Shown one piece after another: positions 28,271 through 32,000 of a stretch of DNA of 32,000 nt; position 1 is the first letter of the stretch, and each line of letters begins with the position of its first letter. Source of the stretch: Desulfosarcina ovata subsp. ovata (GTDB lineage: Bacteria; Desulfobacterota; Desulfobacteria; Desulfobacterales; Desulfosarcinaceae); NCBI RefSeq assembly GCF_009689005.1, contig NZ_AP021879.1, positions 4,548,652 to 4,580,651 on the forward strand, in the 5' to 3' direction. The notes beneath the pieces were generated by a model that saw only the letters and a list, made by a program, of their open reading frames with translations, made no database searches and was not told the origin of the DNA. Both the position numbers and the translations under genes were made by a program.

Positions 28271-29029
28271 ATGAGACAAAAAATGAATGATTTTAACAAA
28301 TACACGTTGTTGCTGTGTGTCTTCATCCTGTGCTCGACCATCGGATGCAGCGCCCGGATGTTGGCGTCCCCGGTGGTCTCGCCGCCATCCGGGCCGCCAC
28401 AACTTCAGTCCGCCGAAGAGGGCTGGTGGGCCGTTCGTTTCAGGATGGACCGGCCTGACAACGAAACCCGATGGGAGAAGGATCTTTTACTGGCGCATCG
28501 GATTGTTGCGCCCATAATTGCAGAAGAAGAGGAGAATATCGGTTTGTGGCGGTTTCACCGCCGTTCCAACAACGATGCCGCCAGCCACCAGTTCAGTTTC
28601 ATCTTCTACAGTACGGCGGTGACGGCTGACCGGATCTATCGACGGGTGATGGATGACGCCCTGGTGACGCAACTGCTCCATCAAGGCGTTGTTCAGCGTG
28701 TGGTCACCGATGCCCTTGACCGCAACGAGCGACCGGCGGTGGGAGATACCAGTGACCCCAGCTGGTCTCCGGTGATGCGCAATGCCTGGCCCCATTACAT
28801 TATGGGGGTCAGCCGCATGTGGCTGGCGATGGTCGATCAGGTTTCCCGAGAAAACGGTGCCCCAGAATCCACCCTTGAGACCGATCTGTTGGCTCACTAT
28901 CAGCGGGTTAATGCAGAGGTCACGCGCATCTGGCAGCAGGAGGGATACCATGCCCTGCTTCACCACCTGAATGCGATCTATGGCTATGAACCGATGGTCT
29001 ACTGGGAGAAGCGCTGGAAGTCTTTTTAG
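28271..29029 (+). CDS. hypothetical lipoprotein
   Basis: Signal peptide plus lipobox: MRQKMNDFNKYTLLLCVFILCSTIGC|S. I recognise no family in the mature part. Confidence 0.55.
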   Translation: MRQKMNDFNKYTLLLCVFILCSTIGCSARMLASPVVSPPSGPPQLQSAEEGWWAVRFRMDRPDNETRWEKDLLLAHRIVAPIIAEEEENIGLWRFHRRSNNDAASHQFSFIFYSTAVTADRIYRRVMDDALVTQLLHQGVVQRVVTDALDRNERPAVGDTSDPSWSPVMRNAWPHYIMGVSRMWLAMVDQVSRENGAPESTLETDLLAHYQRVNAEVTRIWQQEGYHALLHHLNAIYGYEPMVYWEKRWKSF

Positions 29030-29070
29030 CGTCGGCCGGTGCGGTTATACAGATCCGCCACGGATACATG

Positions 29071-30048
29071 TCATTTGGGGGAGGCGGTGGCCAGCACCAT
29101 AGCCCGCACCGGTGCCGGGTACCCCTCGACGGTTTTTGCAGGGTCCCGGGGATCCAGAAAGTCGGTCAGGCTCTGGGTGTCGATCCAATCGGTCTTGCGC
29201 TGTTCGTCCGGGGTGGTCCGGGAGATGTCCACGCAGCGGATATCGGCAAAACCGCAGCGTGCCAGCCAATGGGAGAGGCAGGTGACGGAGGGGATGAAAA
29301 AGATGTTGTTCATCCGGGCGTAGCGTTTTTTAGGAAACAGGGCCATTTCCCCGTCTCCCTCGATGATCAGGGTTTCCAGCACCAATTGCCCGCCGGGCGC
29401 CATGAGCTGATGGATCTGCAGCAGGGTATCCAGGGGCGATCGACGGTGGTAAAGGATGCCCATGCACAAGATGGTGTCGAAACAGCGCCGGATGACCGGC
29501 AGTTCCTCCAGCCGCAAGGGAAGGCAATGCACCCGGGGAATGGAGAGGTAGCCGGAGAGGGCCAGAAACTGGAAATAGAAGGTCGCGTAAGGCTCGATCC
29601 CAAGGACGAGGGCCGGTTGGTGACTGGCCATGCGGAACATGTAGTAGCCGCAGCTGGCACCGATATCCAGGACCCGTTTGCCGGACTGGGACGGCAGATG
29701 GGCCGCCAGGCGGTTCCATTTGATGGCGCTGTTCCACTCGCTGTCCACCGGGATGCCAAAAACGTCAAACGGGCCCTTGCGCCAGGGTTTCAGGCCGGTC
29801 AGTGCCTCATGCAGGCGGGATGATTGAGAATCGTCAAGGTCATCTCGGGTGCCGATACGGATGCGATCCTGATCCACATCGTTGGACGATGGCCTGACGG
29901 TGGGAAGCTTTTCCAGGGCGCGGGCCAGGGCCATCCCCTTTTTATTGGTCTGAAAGAAGTTTTCCTCACGGGCGCTTACCGCCCGAATCAATTCAGGAAG
30001 GTGAGGGGCCATCGCCGGGTCGGCGGAAAGCTCGGCCAGCCGGTTCAT
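29071..30048 (-). CDS. cmoB: tRNA U34 carboxymethyltransferase
   Basis: PWRKGPFDVFGIPVDSEWNSAIKWNRL...KRVLDIGASCGYYMFRM matches the CmoB signature. Start set at the ATG at 30048, giving an ATGA overlap with the cmoA stop. Confidence 0.88.
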   Translation of the reverse strand: MNRLAELSADPAMAPHLPELIRAVSAREENFFQTNKKGMALARALEKLPTVRPSSNDVDQDRIRIGTRDDLDDSQSSRLHEALTGLKPWRKGPFDVFGIPVDSEWNSAIKWNRLAAHLPSQSGKRVLDIGASCGYYMFRMASHQPALVLGIEPYATFYFQFLALSGYLSIPRVHCLPLRLEELPVIRRCFDTILCMGILYHRRSPLDTLLQIHQLMAPGGQLVLETLIIEGDGEMALFPKKRYARMNNIFFIPSVTCLSHWLARCGFADIRCVDISRTTPDEQRKTDWIDTQSLTDFLDPRDPAKTVEGYPAPVRAMVLATASPK

Positions 30049-30797
30049 TTGATGCAGATCCACGAGCAGAAATTGAACCACTTCAGCCAGACATCGATGG
30101 CCGAAAAGCCGCAGCCGTTCAGCCGGTCATGATGCTGAGCCACGGTTTCCGGAACAAGGACATTTTCCAGGGCCTCCCGCTTCTGGCTGATTTCCAGTTC
30201 ACTGTAGCCATTTTCGCGCTTGAAGCGGTAATAGAATTCCACCTGCAGATCTGCCAGCCCCGCGTCCGGGTGAACGGTCTTTTCCGAGAAAAGCAGCATC
30301 CCGCCGGGCACCAGTGCATTGTAAATCCGTTGTACCAGCCGATCCCGATCCGTCGGCGGAATGAACTGCAGGGTGAAATTGACGACCACCACCGAGGCCT
30401 GGGCCAGCCGCACATCCCGGATGTCGTTACAGCTCAGGCGGATATCCGTTCGCTGCGGCCATTCGGCCATCCGTTTGTCAAAGGCGTCCAGCATGGGCTG
30501 GGAACTGTCCACGGCCACCATCCGGAAACTGCCCGGCGGCATGCCGGCGCACACGCTCAGGGCAAGATTGCCGGTGGAACACCCCAGGTCATAGATCCGT
30601 GTGCCGGGCTGGTAGCCCCGTTGGACCAACCGGGTCTGCTGGCGGATGATCTCTGCGTACATGGGCACGGAGCGGTGGATCATGTCGTCGAAGACATTTA
30701 CCACCGCGGCGTTGAATTCAAAGGGAGGAATCGGTTCCTGCGGGGTTCGGTAAATACGATCTTTCGTCATCTTCCCATCTTCCGGTCCGGATGGCAT
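30045..30797 (-). CDS. cmoA: carboxy-S-adenosyl-L-methionine synthase
   Basis: FEFNAAVVNVFDDMIHRSVPMYAEII...IYDLGCSTGN...VVVNFTLQFI matches the CmoA signature. Linked to cmoB. Confidence 0.9.
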   Translation of the reverse strand: MPSGPEDGKMTKDRIYRTPQEPIPPFEFNAAVVNVFDDMIHRSVPMYAEIIRQQTRLVQRGYQPGTRIYDLGCSTGNLALSVCAGMPPGSFRMVAVDSSQPMLDAFDKRMAEWPQRTDIRLSCNDIRDVRLAQASVVVVNFTLQFIPPTDRDRLVQRIYNALVPGGMLLFSEKTVHPDAGLADLQVEFYYRFKRENGYSELEISQKREALENVLVPETVAQHHDRLNGCGFSAIDVWLKWFNFCSWICIK

Positions 30798-30966
30798 GAC
30801 TGGTTCATGGCCGTTCGCCAGGCGCTTGCCGGCTAAGAGCCTGTTTGATAAATCCGCCTAAGGCCCGCTAACGGCGTTGGAAAGTGTCTCAAAATGCTCA
30901 CATATTACATATATGCGCCGCTTTTGAGCCACTTTCCGCCTTGTTATCGAGCCTGATCCAGACTTC

Positions 30967-32000
30967 TCAAACAGACTCTAAATGTTTTCCGGGCAGGATC
31001 AGGTTGAGCACCACGCCAATCACACCGGATAGGCCAATACCGCCCAGGGTGAAGGCACCGAAAGGCAGCACCATGCCGCCGATCCCGCAGACCAGGATCA
31101 ATGCCACGATGGTCAGATTGCGTGCCTCGGTCAGGTCTTCGCCGGCTGTGACCAAGGTGTTGAGCCCCACCACGGTGATGGCCCCGAACAGCAGCAGCAT
31201 GATGCCGCCCATGACCGGAACTGGAATGGTCTGCAACAGGGCGCCCATTTTTCCGATGAAGGCCAGGGCGATGGCAAACAGGGCCGCCCAGGTCATTATG
31301 CCGGGGTTGAACATGCGGGTCAGGGTCACCGCGCCGGTCACTTCACTGTAGGTGGTGTTGGGCGGGCCGCCCAGCAGGGAAGCGAAGGCGGTGGCGATGC
31401 CGTCACCCATCATGGTCCGGTGGATGCCCGGGGTCTTGACGAAGTCCTTGCCGGTGACGGTGCCGATGGCCAGGATGTCTCCGAAATGCTCGATGGCCGG
31501 AGCGATGGCCACCGGTACGATGAAGAAAATGGCCTGCAGGTTCCACTCGGGCAGAACGAAGTCAGGGACGGCAAACCAGGGCGCATCCAGCAGTGGCTGG
31601 AAGCTGACCAGCGCGGGGCCGGTAAGGTTTTTCAGGCTGCCTGGGTCGAATCCGGCCTGGATGGATGTGGAGATGCCAATCAGATCGAGGATCAGGGCGG
31701 CCAGGTAGCCGGCACCGATGCCGACCAGAATCGGAATCAGTCGCAGCCATCCTTTTCCCAGAAGGGAGGTGAGCACCGTAACCAGCAGGGCGACGCCAGC
31801 CACGATCATCGCCGTTGCCTGGGGAACCAGCCAGGCTGAGCCATCGCCGGTACGCCCCATGGCCATATGTACCGCCACCGGTGCCAGAACGAGACCGATG
31901 ACCATGATCACCGGGCCGACGACCACGGGCGGCAGCAGCTTGTTGAGAAATCCCGATCCAAAGGTTTTGATGCAAAGGCTCAGCACCACGTAAAACAGGC
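30967..32000 (-). CDS. uraA: uracil/xanthine permease (NCS2 family); N-terminus outside the window
   Basis: TYSEVTGAVTLTRMFNPGIMTWAALFAIALAFIGKMGALLQTIPVPVMGGIMLLLFG parallels the E. coli UraA block ENIGVMAITRVYS...IPLPVMGGVSLLLYG. The reading frame stays open upstream to the window edge. Confidence 0.85.
   Translation of the reverse strand, partial: LFYVVLSLCIKTFGSGFLNKLLPPVVVGPVIMVIGLVLAPVAVHMAMGRTGDGSAWLVPQATAMIVAGVALLVTVLTSLLGKGWLRLIPILVGIGAGYLAALILDLIGISTSIQAGFDPGSLKNLTGPALVSFQPLLDAPWFAVPDFVLPEWNLQAIFFIVPVAIAPAIEHFGDILAIGTVTGKDFVKTPGIHRTMMGDGIATAFASLLGGPPNTTYSEVTGAVTLTRMFNPGIMTWAALFAIALAFIGKMGALLQTIPVPVMGGIMLLLFGAITVVGLNTLVTAGEDLTEARNLTIVALILVCGIGGMVLPFGAFTLGGIGLSGVIGVVLNLILPGKHLESV

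Overview
The window looks like chromosomal DNA from a Desulfobacterales-type sulfate reducer. This is an inference from a dissimilatory-type sat gene, roughly 57-65% GC in hand-counted native genes, and long antisense shadow ORFs. Contents in order: (1) A minus-strand operon of a PLP aminotransferase, methylmalonyl-CoA epimerase and a CCG-domain Fe-S oxidoreductase (1-2785). (2) A dense nitrogen-control cluster, glnB-amt | glnD-amt-glnK-glnA (3.4-11.7 kb), driven by two near-consensus sigma-54 promoters that share an AT-rich upstream element. (3) A decay zone with a PaaK-like ligase remnant, a 25-bp inverted repeat and a frameshifted DDE transposase fragment (11.8-12.5 kb). (4) An AT-richer island with an EntE-like aryl-acid CoA/AMP ligase, a UbiD-family (de)carboxylase, a UbiX flavin prenyltransferase and a divergent LysR regulator broken inside an A12 tract (12.5-17.9 kb). 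(5) Directly next to it, type-2 IPP isomerase, a HAD phosphatase, an archaeal-type (CTP-dependent) riboflavin kinase, a small orphan ORF and a PNPOx-like FMN-binding protein (18.0-21.3 kb). (6) A yajD-like HNH gene, sat, and a TauE/SafE permease. (7) An orphan PilT-like ATPase with an N-terminal MshEN c-di-GMP-binding motif. (8) A tight three-gene operon of two YbjQ-domain proteins and an M48 metallopeptidase, with a divergent orphan lipoprotein. (9) cmoB-cmoA and a truncated uracil permease. No rRNA, tRNA or CRISPR was seen. The best novelty candidates are: the idea that idi2-HAD-ribK(-PNPOx) supplies both UbiX substrates (FMN and DMAP(P)) for the neighbouring ligase/UbiD/UbiX pathway; the uncharacterised YbjQ-YbjQ-M48 membrane module; and the A12-interrupted LysR regulator. 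All homology calls come from my reading of the translated ORFs. No database search was run.
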